Assembly: GCA_965238175.1 (NCBI GenBank)
Contig: CBDEGZ010000003.1
Coordinates: 2,208,001-2,272,000 of the forward strand
Origin: Gammaproteobacteria bacterium
GTDB lineage: Bacteria; Pseudomonadota; Gammaproteobacteria; CAJXQU01
Length of the DNA: 64,000 nucleotides
Direction of reading: 5' to 3'
How positions within the stretch are numbered: the first letter of the stretch is position 1; each line of letters begins with the position of its first letter. The position numbers were made by a program, and so were the translations under genes. Positions 40,357-49,429 of the stretch are shown here, piece after piece. Below the pieces are notes generated by a model. It did not search any database and was not told where the DNA came from. It saw nothing but the letters and a program-made list of their open reading frames with translations.

Positions 40357-40403
40357 CCGCTGAAGCCCTTCAGCTTCCGGCAGATCCAACCCTTCGAGAA
40401 AAT
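40357..40403 (+). promoter_or_regulatory. Late promoter 2 (PI-like) with Mor/C-type dyad
   Basis: Copy of 30280-30315; -10-like GAAAAT. Confidence 0.75.
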
Positions 40404-40412
40404 AGCGGCTCA

Positions 40413-41492
40413 ATGAAGAAGCCGCAAAAAGTCAAAAACAAAAACACATCATTCGTTGCTCTGGCGTTTGAGATTTCTGGTACTCAGTCAGAAGTCCAAC
40501 TATTGCCAGATGGCGTCACCACGACAGATGATGCTCGTGCTATCAAACTCAAAATTGATGCTGATATTGCTGCTGGTGTAATTGCTAAGACTGATTCACG
40601 CAAACGCGACACAGTGATTGATTATGAGCACCACACACTATTGTCTGAATATACGGATGTTAAAGCAATTGCTGCTGGCTGGTTTAGCAAACTTGAATAT
40701 CGTCCAGGTGAAGGATTGTTCATCACCGATGCACGATGGACAGATACAGCCGCCACTCATATCGATGCGAAAGAATATAAATATATTTCTGGTGTTTTCA
40801 CATACAACAACAAAAATGGCGCAATCACCCGGATCCTTCATGCGGGTTTAACAAACGATCCTGCAATTGATGGTCTCAACGAGCTTGAACTTCAAGCGGC
40901 TGCAAAATTCAACAATCAACCTGAAGAGGAATCTCTAATGAACGAAGAACAATTAGCACTGTTGGGCCTTAAAAAAGACGCGACAGAAGAAGAAATTACC
41001 GCCGCACTGAAAGCGCAGCAAACAAAAGCTGATGACAGCACACAAGAAGTTGCTGCACTAAAAGCTAGTTTAAAAGAAGCCCAGGCAAACGCTGATGGCG
41101 ACTCTGGCAAGCCTGATCCATCTAAGTATGTTCCTGTCGAAGCACTGGAAGAAATTAAAACTGAATTTGCCGCATTGAAAGCAAGTCAAGGTGAAAAAGA
41201 AGTTGAAGAAATCGTCGCCTTAGCGATGCAAGAAGGAAAGATCCTCCCTGCTCAAGAACAATGGGCGCGTGATTTAGGTGCAAAAGATGTGGCTGATCTA
41301 AAAGCCTACGTTGAAGCATCGCCAGCAATCGCGGCATTGAAAGGTTCTCAAACTGAAGAAGGTGATCAGCAGTTTGATGCGGATGGTAAAGCGGTGTTGT
41401 CTGAAGACCAAGTGGCCATCTGTAAAGCAATGGGCATGTCTGTAGAAGACTATGCGAAGACTCTGGCTGAAGAAAAGAATCAAGCGTCTTAA
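40413..41492 (+). CDS. Mu gpI-like prohead protease; probable in-frame scaffold (Z) start at 40938
   Basis: VIDYEH, AAGW, EYKYISGVF, GLTNDPA; internal GAGGA RBS plus ATG at 40938. Confidence 0.92.
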   Translation: MKKPQKVKNKNTSFVALAFEISGTQSEVQLLPDGVTTTDDARAIKLKIDADIAAGVIAKTDSRKRDTVIDYEHHTLLSEYTDVKAIAAGWFSKLEYRPGEGLFITDARWTDTAATHIDAKEYKYISGVFTYNNKNGAITRILHAGLTNDPAIDGLNELELQAAAKFNNQPEEESLMNEEQLALLGLKKDATEEEITAALKAQQTKADDSTQEVAALKASLKEAQANADGDSGKPDPSKYVPVEALEEIKTEFAALKASQGEKEVEEIVALAMQEGKILPAQEQWARDLGAKDVADLKAYVEASPAIAALKGSQTEEGDQQFDADGKAVLSEDQVAICKAMGMSVEDYAKTLAEEKNQAS

Positions 41493-41561
41493 TCACCGAT
41501 TAATTCATCAATAAACACGTAATAAATAGCTAATAAAGAACTTTATCAGAGGGATAAAACA

Positions 41562-41960
41562 ATGGCTCTAACTACAGACAAAGACACATTGTACCGTGAA
41601 GGCGACATAGTCAGCCACGGCGCAGCAGGAAGTACAAAATCTTTCGCAGGCGGAATTGGCGTTTTAAATGCCGCTGGATTTCTTCAACCAGGTGCTGTTG
41701 GTACTGGCTTAAAAGTGGTTGGCCGAATTTCAGCACAAGTTGACAACACCGATGGTGCGGATGGCGATGTGCTAGTGCAATGTCGCAAAGGTGTTTTCAA
41801 ATATAAAAACTCTGTTACCAACACTGTTGATATCACGCACCTTGAAACTGATTGCTATATCGAAGATGACGAAACCGTTGGCTCACTGGCAACAGGAATG
41901 TCAGTCGCAGGCAAAGTGTTCGCCGTCGATTCTGATGGTGTTTGGGTAGACCACAGGTAA
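41562..41960 (+). CDS. Capsid cement/decoration-like protein
   Basis: CYIEDDETV, AGKV..VDSDGVWV; between I and T. Confidence 0.7.
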   Translation: MALTTDKDTLYREGDIVSHGAAGSTKSFAGGIGVLNAAGFLQPGAVGTGLKVVGRISAQVDNTDGADGDVLVQCRKGVFKYKNSVTNTVDITHLETDCYIEDDETVGSLATGMSVAGKVFAVDSDGVWVDHR

Positions 41961-42018
41961 ACCATTTTTGATCTAACTATAGAACAACGACAGAACAAAC
42001 TTTTAAGAGGAAATAATT

Positions 42019-42912
42019 ATGTTACTCAACGCAGCAAACTTGGCCGGACTTAATACAGGTTTTAGAGCCAACTACAATCAAGGCTTAGGTACTGTTGAAT
42101 CTATGTATCTAATGATCGCCACCGTTATCGCCAGTGTTACCGGTGAGAACTCATATCCTATCCTGGGCGACATGCCAGGCATTCGTGAATTTGTTGATGA
42201 GCGCCATGTTCATAAACTTGGTCAGCACGATTACACCTTAAAAAACAAAGAGTTTGAACTGACATTAGGGGTTAAGCGCAAGGATATTGAAGATGATCAA
42301 TATGGTATCTATGCGCCGCTGTTTTCGATGATGGGTTATGAAGCTGCCTCGCATGCAGATTCGATGGTCTTCGATCTGCTTGCCGCCGGTTTCGTTAATA
42401 AGTGTTATGACGGCCAAAACTTCTTTGATCCGGATCATCCTGGTTATGACAAAGATGGTGGGGAGATCAGCGTTTCAAACATGCAGGCTGGTAGTTCAAA
42501 CCCTTGGTTCTTAATGGACACTCGCCGACCACTTAAACCGCTGATACACCAGAATCGTAAAGAGTTTGAATTTACGGCTAAGGACAAACTCACGGATGAC
42601 AATGTGTTTGATAAAAATGAATTCAAATACGGTGTCTACGGCAGATCAAACGCAGGCTACGCATTCTGGCAAACAGCCTTTGGATCAAAAGCCGCGCTCT
42701 CTACGAGCAATTTTAACGATGCCATTGCATCAATGATGGGCATTAAAAAGCTTTCAGGTAAGCCAGCAGGCATCAATCCTAACCTCCTAATCTGCGGCCC
42801 ATCAAACCGAGCTACTGCACTGGAAGTGGTTAAAGCAGAACGAAATGCTGCTGGTGCAACCAACATCAACCGCGACGCAGTAGAAGTCAAAGTTGTTGAG
42901 TGGCTAGCGTAA
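42019..42912 (+). CDS. Major capsid protein (Mu gpT family)
   Basis: NKEFELT, DIEDD, CYDGQNFFDPDH, LKPLIHQ.R, GYAFWQ. Confidence 0.95.
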   Translation: MLLNAANLAGLNTGFRANYNQGLGTVESMYLMIATVIASVTGENSYPILGDMPGIREFVDERHVHKLGQHDYTLKNKEFELTLGVKRKDIEDDQYGIYAPLFSMMGYEAASHADSMVFDLLAAGFVNKCYDGQNFFDPDHPGYDKDGGEISVSNMQAGSSNPWFLMDTRRPLKPLIHQNRKEFEFTAKDKLTDDNVFDKNEFKYGVYGRSNAGYAFWQTAFGSKAALSTSNFNDAIASMMGIKKLSGKPAGINPNLLICGPSNRATALEVVKAERNAAGATNINRDAVEVKVVEWLA

Positions 42913-42993
42913 AAAACTCTTCCCTCCTTAGATGAGTCGTTTCTCGGGATAGTCTGCATAACCTGTCCAGGGAAGCGTTAAGGGAAAAACAAT

Positions 42994-43068
42994 TGCGGTG
43001 TAGAGCAGTGGCAGCTCGTCTGGCTCATAACCAGAAGGTCGCCGGTTCGAATCCGGCCACCGCTACCA
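42994..43068 (+). tRNA. Phage tRNA with CAT anticodon, initiator (fMet)-like
   Basis: Cloverleaf, TCTGG-CTCATAA-CCAGA, GGTTCGAATCC, encoded CCA, 1:72 mismatch, A11:U24. Confidence 0.9.
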
Positions 43069-43120
43069 CTAGATATCAGCAGGTTCGCCCCCTGCTAATT
43101 ACGTAACAGAGGATAGAAAA

Positions 43121-43438
43121 ATGTTTCTTGAAATCGTATCTAAAAAAGATGGTTTCCGCCGAGCAGGTCAAGCATGGACAGTCGAGCCGATCACTATTGA
43201 TACCAATGAAAAAATTTGGACAGATCAGCGTATCAAAATGCTAAAAAATGAATCTACGTTAACGGTTACCGAAGTAGAAGAGACCGACGAGTTGAAGCAA
43301 CGGCGCGAAGCTAAAGAAGCTGCAAAGAAAGCTGCTGACGATAAGAAAGCCGCGGCTAAAAAAGCTGATGCAGATAAGAAAGCTCTGGCTAAAAAAGCTG
43401 ATGCAGATGCAAATAAAAATGGTAACGGTGGCAAGTAA
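43121..43438 (+). CDS. HI1506 / Mu gp35-like protein with Lys/Ala-rich tail
   Basis: KDGFRRAG..W, L.V.EV. Confidence 0.75.
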   Translation: MFLEIVSKKDGFRRAGQAWTVEPITIDTNEKIWTDQRIKMLKNESTLTVTEVEETDELKQRREAKEAAKKAADDKKAAAKKADADKKALAKKADADANKNGNGGK

Positions 43439-43440
43439 CA

Positions 43441-43767
43441 ATGGCCACTCAAACCATGAAAACAGACGGTGCTCAGAATTATCATTCTGAAACCGTCCTT
43501 AGCGGTCAAACATCTGACCCGGTAATGATCCCGGATGTGCCAAACCATCGACACATCGCCTTCTTTGTATCGCCAACAGCCAGCGCAAATGTGATGGTGA
43601 CAATTTCGCCACGCAAAGACGTCGAAAATGATACTGCAAATGTTCATTGGCAAGAATGGTCGCCATCAACAGTTTCAGCGGATACAAACGATGGTTCGGA
43701 ATATCCATTAACCGCGGCTAAGTTAATCGCTACCGGCGGTGATGCTTTCTGGGAGATCCGCGCTTAA
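43441..43767 (+). CDS. Putative virion protein
   Basis: 108-aa ORF coupled to the Ig-repeat gene. Confidence 0.55.
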   Translation: MATQTMKTDGAQNYHSETVLSGQTSDPVMIPDVPNHRHIAFFVSPTASANVMVTISPRKDVENDTANVHWQEWSPSTVSADTNDGSEYPLTAAKLIATGGDAFWEIRA

Positions 43768-46700
43768 ATGTCTGTCACTGGCCGAATCTTTAATGACACC
43801 ATGTTCAAGGGTCGAGAAGGGATTTTCGCTTCTGATCGTATGGTGTCTGAGATTTTCAAAGCCAACCCAAGCTCGGCCGTAGTTGATGAAGGCCAGCCTG
43901 TTGTAATTGATGTTGCCGGAAATGACACCGCACCCGTTCACGGACTCAATCTAAACAGCATCGTCATAGTTAATGATGTCAGTTACGGCACAACCACCGT
44001 CAATGGTGATGGTACCGTGACTTATACGCACGATGGTTTGACTGAGGAATTTAGCGACTCATTCACCTATAAAATTCAGAACAATAATGGTGAAATATCA
44101 AACACAGCAACCGTTGTGATCAGCATCAATCCTGTCAACGATACTGCACCTGTATTCACCAGCCCAATTGCCGCAAATGTGGCAGAACGAACAACACTGG
44201 TTCACACCGTGACCGCGACAGATGCAGACGGAAGCCTATTAACTTACTCAATTAATGGTACTGGGCCTGACGACGCCAAATTCCAAATCACCATTAGTGG
44301 TGTGATGAGTTTTGTTCAAGCACCGAATTTTGAAGCGCCAACAGATGTAGGTGCTGACGGAGTTTATAACGTCGACGTGCTCGTGAACGATGGCGTATTT
44401 AATGTAGTTCAATCCATCGCCGTGACCGTCACCGATGCAGCCGAAAACCCAATTGCTGCAAACGATGCTTTCACAGTCGGCGAAGGTGCGACCAGCTCAT
44501 TAAATGTTCTACCAAATGACACTGATCCACAAAATGACATTGACGCATCGACCGTCACCGTCATCGGCCAGCCTGCTAATGGATCAGCATCTGTGCAGAC
44601 AGATGGCCGAATAATTTACATACATAATGGCAGCGAAACGACGTCAGATACATTAACGTATCTCGTCCAGGATACCGAAGGTAACCTGTCAAACACAGCC
44701 ACCATCAGCCTAACAATAACACCAGCGAATGACGCACCAATTGCCGTCAATGATGTCTTCACCGTCACACAAGGCACTACCACAAATATCAACCTGGCAA
44801 CCAATGATACCGACATCGACAACGCATTAGATCTAACATCCATCACGATCATAAGCGCACCGTCTGAAGGCGCACTGGTTGATAACAACGATGGAACGGT
44901 TGCGTACACAAACACCAGCACCGGCGCAAGTTCAGACAGTTTCACTTATACGATAGATGATGTGTCGGGGAGTACTTCCAATATTGCAACGGCGACTATT
45001 ACAGTTAATGCAGCCATTTTGTTGAGCCTATGGAACTCTGACGGTTCAGTAGATAGCGTCGCACCAACTTACCCACCCGCCAACACTCAACATTACGTAG
45101 AAGTTAATAATGGTGGTGCAAACACGATTTTGTGGAAGGCACCTGCTGGGGCGGTGTTGCGGCAGGGTGAGCGGCCTGTTGTTAATTTAGCATCGGGTTT
45201 GGTCTCAGAGACAGTCACTGTTATTTCTGGGCGCGAGTATCAAGTTTATGGAAAAGGTGGTAACGGCGACACGATAGCATTGTCAGGTGCAGCGACAGCG
45301 ACATTAACAATGGATGGTGTTAACGAGATTGGGTTTAACAACGGCAATCCTATTGCCGCATCTAGTACATCTCTGACGTTAACAGTTACAGGTCTATTGA
45401 CTGAATTATCTGTTGTTGATGTGACAGGCTTCACCAATCAAAAACCGCCGGAGTATGTGAGCGTTGGAGTTGGCGTAGGGGATTTCTTACCAATCTATTT
45501 AAATAAAGGCGAAATTTCAGGCGTTGGAAATATACCTTACGCCTGGCTTTTATATAATCCCGCTAACGTAGTTAGTTCGGATGTTACGAACGGCGTATTT
45601 TCTTTCAGCTCCAACGCTCACTTAGCCGGTCTTGTGACAAACGGAGCATTCTTATTAAATGCTCAAAATACAGGGGATTATGAATACACTATTAGAGCAA
45701 GGCGTGTAGGATCACAACAATCTAGCGAGACGTTGCAAGTTTATAACGGACAGGCTTGGCAGCTTTTAGTACCTCCGACAGCAAACTCAAACGAGTGGGT
45801 AGAGTATAAAATAAAAGCCAACGGAGGCGATGGGCAGTTTATCATACTTTCTCGATTCTCAGGTGATTCTAATGTAGTCACTTACGAAATAGACTACATT
45901 AGAATTAAATCTACGAAAGACCCGCGCTCAAACATCGACGGCATGACATGGAGCCGTCACCAGAACGATGGTACCTCTGTTGATCCAGTTACAGGCCGAG
46001 TCAATCGAGGCACAAATACGTTGATTCCTGAGTTACGAAGGAAGGGGGTGTTGTTTGAGGGGGCTGGAGGATATGTCGGAGGTAATTACAATCCCGGAAG
46101 TTTAGATCAATGGCTTAAACCAGGCGGTGGCATATCCGTAGCCACTGACGGCACAATGTCGCCTTTAGGGCTTCCGGCTGAACTGATTGCTGCGTTAAAT
46201 CCTAAGCCATTCTACAGGCAAGCGCATGCCATTTTAAATACGATAGATGGTAATGATTACGCGGTAAAAATATATGTAAAAAAAGGAAATTGGCCATATG
46301 TGGCAATACAACCCGACAATGGAGTGTCCGCGTTTTACTATGATTTTGACACGGACACTTACGTAGACGCAGATTCCACTTATGTGAGGCACCAACTTTT
46401 ACCCGATGGTTGGGTGGAGATAACGCTAAGTATCACGGCGGCCAATAATAATATGTTTTTCTTTTTGGCCCAAGATCTAAACGGTAGCGCCTATAACAAT
46501 ACGCCTGAGAATAGCTCCGTTTACTTTGGAGGCCTGATTTATAACGAAGGTGCGGTGCCTAAATCTTTTACCGACCTTTCTTCTGTTGCAGCCACAAACG
46601 ACGTACAAGTCACTCTTGCAGACTTCGGTTTTGATGGAGCCTCAAGCGGCTCCTTTAAAGTTGATTTAACTTTCAATCATGATGGTGATCAAACACCAGC

Positions 46701-47007
46701 TCAAGATTACTCCTTAATTACTCTTAATGGATCAGATACCACAGGCTTGCTCTATCTAAATTCAGCAGGCCAATTAGCGTCACACGACGGTACTAACTCT
46801 GTTAATACGGGCGTTATCGTTTCAAAAGACACACTTTATGAAGCTGAAGTTGCTTATACAGTTGGTGGTAATTTAACTATCTTTGTAGGTGGCGTACAAC
46901 TTGGTAGTTTAGCTTGGAATGATGACTGGAATATCGGCACTTTAATTCAGTTTGCCAAAGGCTATCCATACGGCGTTTATATGAAAAATGTTGAGGCATT
47001 GCTATGA
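43768..47007 (+). CDS. 1079-aa Ig-like/cadherin repeat protein with C-terminal beta-rich domains
   Basis: Repeats AxND, DSFTYxI, SNTATV; cadherin motifs ATDADG, PNFEAP; no signal peptide. Confidence 0.8.
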   Translation: MSVTGRIFNDTMFKGREGIFASDRMVSEIFKANPSSAVVDEGQPVVIDVAGNDTAPVHGLNLNSIVIVNDVSYGTTTVNGDGTVTYTHDGLTEEFSDSFTYKIQNNNGEISNTATVVISINPVNDTAPVFTSPIAANVAERTTLVHTVTATDADGSLLTYSINGTGPDDAKFQITISGVMSFVQAPNFEAPTDVGADGVYNVDVLVNDGVFNVVQSIAVTVTDAAENPIAANDAFTVGEGATSSLNVLPNDTDPQNDIDASTVTVIGQPANGSASVQTDGRIIYIHNGSETTSDTLTYLVQDTEGNLSNTATISLTITPANDAPIAVNDVFTVTQGTTTNINLATNDTDIDNALDLTSITIISAPSEGALVDNNDGTVAYTNTSTGASSDSFTYTIDDVSGSTSNIATATITVNAAILLSLWNSDGSVDSVAPTYPPANTQHYVEVNNGGANTILWKAPAGAVLRQGERPVVNLASGLVSETVTVISGREYQVYGKGGNGDTIALSGAATATLTMDGVNEIGFNNGNPIAASSTSLTLTVTGLLTELSVVDVTGFTNQKPPEYVSVGVGVGDFLPIYLNKGEISGVGNIPYAWLLYNPANVVSSDVTNGVFSFSSNAHLAGLVTNGAFLLNAQNTGDYEYTIRARRVGSQQSSETLQVYNGQAWQLLVPPTANSNEWVEYKIKANGGDGQFIILSRFSGDSNVVTYEIDYIRIKSTKDPRSNIDGMTWSRHQNDGTSVDPVTGRVNRGTNTLIPELRRKGVLFEGAGGYVGGNYNPGSLDQWLKPGGGISVATDGTMSPLGLPAELIAALNPKPFYRQAHAILNTIDGNDYAVKIYVKKGNWPYVAIQPDNGVSAFYYDFDTDTYVDADSTYVRHQLLPDGWVEITLSITAANNNMFFFLAQDLNGSAYNNTPENSSVYFGGLIYNEGAVPKSFTDLSSVAATNDVQVTLADFGFDGASSGSFKVDLTFNHDGDQTPAQDYSLITLNGSDTTGLLYLNSAGQLASHDGTNSVNTGVIVSKDTLYEAEVAYTVGGNLTIFVGGVQLGSLAWNDDWNIGTLIQFAKGYPYGVYMKNVEALL

Positions 47008-47558
47008 GCTATGTAATGGACGTTTTGTATGAATTTGAAAGTGAAGTGGCGAAGAACATGGCGATATTCACTGTGTTTTCAACCATCGATCAAGACGCGC
47101 ACCTACTAAATACACAAATTGATCCGCAAACTGGAACTATCACTCGCCTCGATAACTGGAACGAATACTGGCGGGTGTCAACCCAATGTCCGGGCGCTGA
47201 AATGTTCCTGACCCGTTTTAATTATGCTGACTATCTACTACTCAAAAATGCAAGCATTCCGGGGCTAAATATCCTTGCTGCGGGATATCCATCCGATGAA
47301 ATTGAATCAATGGTTGCTGATGGCGAGGTTGAGTTCGTCACTCATTCACATGATGCAGATGGTAACCAAATAGTCACACCAGTTGACCTGGCATTAACTG
47401 ATGATGATGGCAATCTAATTGATGAGCGAATAGCCCCGACAATTGAATCAATTGCATTGTACAGACAGCTTTGGCCTAAAGAAGTTATCCAGGTAATTGA
47501 TGGTCAAGAAGTGCTAATTGAACGTGGTAATTTTGCGCGGCTGGGGATGGCGGCATGA
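47004..47558 (+). CDS. Acidic hypothetical protein
   Basis: ATGA overlaps at both ends. Confidence 0.6.
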   Translation: MSYVMDVLYEFESEVAKNMAIFTVFSTIDQDAHLLNTQIDPQTGTITRLDNWNEYWRVSTQCPGAEMFLTRFNYADYLLLKNASIPGLNILAAGYPSDEIESMVADGEVEFVTHSHDADGNQIVTPVDLALTDDDGNLIDERIAPTIESIALYRQLWPKEVIQVIDGQEVLIERGNFARLGMAA

Positions 47559-47974
47559 GTTACACATCCAAAGCAGAAATGATCCGTCGGTATGGCAATA
47601 CAGAATTGATCGAACTCACTGACCGCGACCAGCTGGACGCGATTGATGATGACGTTCTGAACATTGCTATAAGTGATGCAGATTCAACTATTAATGCTTC
47701 ATTACAAGGCCGTTATGACGTGCCTTTATCACCTATTCCTGATGTTTTACTGCTCTGCGCATCTGTTCTGGCTCGCGCCAATTTATACAAAGACGAACAG
47801 ACCGATCTGATTATCAATGACAAAAAAGAACAGTTGGACTTTTTGCAAAAGGTGCGTGATGGCGAAATTAATTTAGGTACCGCAAACGGTGCAGAAGTCG
47901 AGGCAGAAGATAACGCGGTGATGTTTGAAGGCGGCGGTAATGTTTTTGATCGAAATGATGATTCGTTTATCTGA
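47555..47974 (+). CDS. Mu gp36 / DUF1320 head-tail adaptor
   Basis: MSY...RYG..ELIELTD, AISDADS.IN..L.GRY..PL. Confidence 0.88.
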   Translation: MSYTSKAEMIRRYGNTELIELTDRDQLDAIDDDVLNIAISDADSTINASLQGRYDVPLSPIPDVLLLCASVLARANLYKDEQTDLIINDKKEQLDFLQKVRDGEINLGTANGAEVEAEDNAVMFEGGGNVFDRNDDSFI

Positions 47975-48417
47975 TGGCCGCTTCACCGATAGAAGATTTT
48001 TTAGCATTAGAAAATTTATACATTGCACAAATTAATGATGCAAATATTGAAGGGCTGAGGAAAGTTTACGGCTCCAAAAATTTAGCAACAGTGACAAAAA
48101 AGAACCAGGTTACACCATCAGTAGCAGTGGTTTATTACAGCTATCGAGTTAAAGACACTGATGGACGAGGTTGCCGAGCCATGTTGGTGCAAAAGTGGTT
48201 CACCATTCTGTCGGTAAAAAGTGCCGATGACACCAAAAATGGTAAAGGCGTTAGAGAAATAGCCGGCCCGATGATTATGGATTTAATCAATGCTCTAAAA
48301 GGATGGAAGCCCGGCGCAGGTTATGGCACCACAAGAATTGTGACCGCTCCAAGAGCAATCGTCACAGCAACAACTGGGGATTTCCCCATTGGTTGGGAAA
48401 CAGAACTTTATATTTAA
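47974..48417 (+). CDS. Putative tail terminator (gp37-like)
   Basis: Position; AGP...LINAL.GW.P. Confidence 0.6.
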   Translation: MAASPIEDFLALENLYIAQINDANIEGLRKVYGSKNLATVTKKNQVTPSVAVVYYSYRVKDTDGRGCRAMLVQKWFTILSVKSADDTKNGKGVREIAGPMIMDLINALKGWKPGAGYGTTRIVTAPRAIVTATTGDFPIGWETELYI

Positions 48418-48435
48418 CAAGTTAGGAGAATAAAA

Positions 48436-48963
48436 ATGGCAGGCGAAGATTTTAGTTTTATAGGCGATGCAATTGCACAGGTTGCACCATATGGCAGCTC
48501 AACATTTCGCGACATGGGAAATTGTTCTGCCGCTGACATTTCACAAGCGTTGGAAAAGAAAACACTTCCAAATTATCGAGACGGCGCTGGTGGTTCAAGA
48601 AACTCAAGAGCACGTATTAGTGATGTAACTTTAAACCTGACCATGAATGACTACTACCCGGATAATCTGGCGTTATGGATGTCGGGCACAGTTAGCGACT
48701 CCGGCAGCGATAAAGTTATTGATGCACTAACAAATATTGGGTCGTTCTTCATATTGAAACTTGTAGGGCTTAACTCAGCACAAAATGAAAATTTCGAGTC
48801 TGAATTTTTCAAATGCACAATTGATCCGAGTGACAGTATCCCTTTGATTACAGCGGGTGAATATGCTGCGCCTAATATGGTGGTAAATGTGCTGTCAGAC
48901 GACTCAATTGTGTCTGGCTCTAAATTTCACAAAACAACATTGCAAGCATATACAGGCCCATAG
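48436..48963 (+). CDS. Putative major tail tube protein
   Basis: R.MGNC, strong RBS, position before chaperone and tape measure. Confidence 0.65.
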   Translation: MAGEDFSFIGDAIAQVAPYGSSTFRDMGNCSAADISQALEKKTLPNYRDGAGGSRNSRARISDVTLNLTMNDYYPDNLALWMSGTVSDSGSDKVIDALTNIGSFFILKLVGLNSAQNENFESEFFKCTIDPSDSIPLITAGEYAAPNMVVNVLSDDSIVSGSKFHKTTLQAYTGP

Positions 48964-48966
48964 CAA

Positions 48967-49305
48967 ATGAGTGAATATGAAAACAGCATGGAAACAAAAG
49001 TGGCGGATAAAACCGTCACTATTTTTGAGATTAACGTTAAGCAGATCCGCCAGTGGTTTAAAGATGTTGAAGAAAGAGATTTGAATCAAAGTGATTATGT
49101 TGATGAAATGTTATTCGATGATTTTTCCATTTCTGATCTAACCCGTATGAGTACGATGAAGCTGGAAGATTTATCTGAGTTGTCTCCATCAAAGATCAGG
49201 CATCTTGCAGAATTGTGTAAGGAGAAAAACGAGGATTTTTTCGCAATGATCGGGAAAAGAAGCAAACTTCTCGATCAAGCCCTCGGACTGCTCGACAAAG
49301 TTTAG
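48967..49305 (+). CDS. Tail assembly chaperone; probable -1 frameshift extension to 49427
   Basis: In-frame T TTT TTC at 49236-49242; -1 frame is open to TAG at 49425-49427. Confidence 0.75.
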   Translation: MSEYENSMETKVADKTVTIFEINVKQIRQWFKDVEERDLNQSDYVDEMLFDDFSISDLTRMSTMKLEDLSELSPSKIRHLAELCKEKNEDFFAMIGKRSKLLDQALGLLDKV

Positions 49306-49429
49306 AAGCAAATTGTTTTTCGTTAATTGAGATCGGCCACGTAAATGTATGGTCGTATCCTTACTCTTTATATGTAGCAGCACTTGAACATTACTCAAAG
49401 AAAGCGGCAAAAGGGAAATCTAAATAGTC

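Noticed and set aside
43300-43412. Repeated aaaaaagctgatgcagat
   Set aside because: Explained by the low-complexity Lys/Ala tail of the gp35-like protein.
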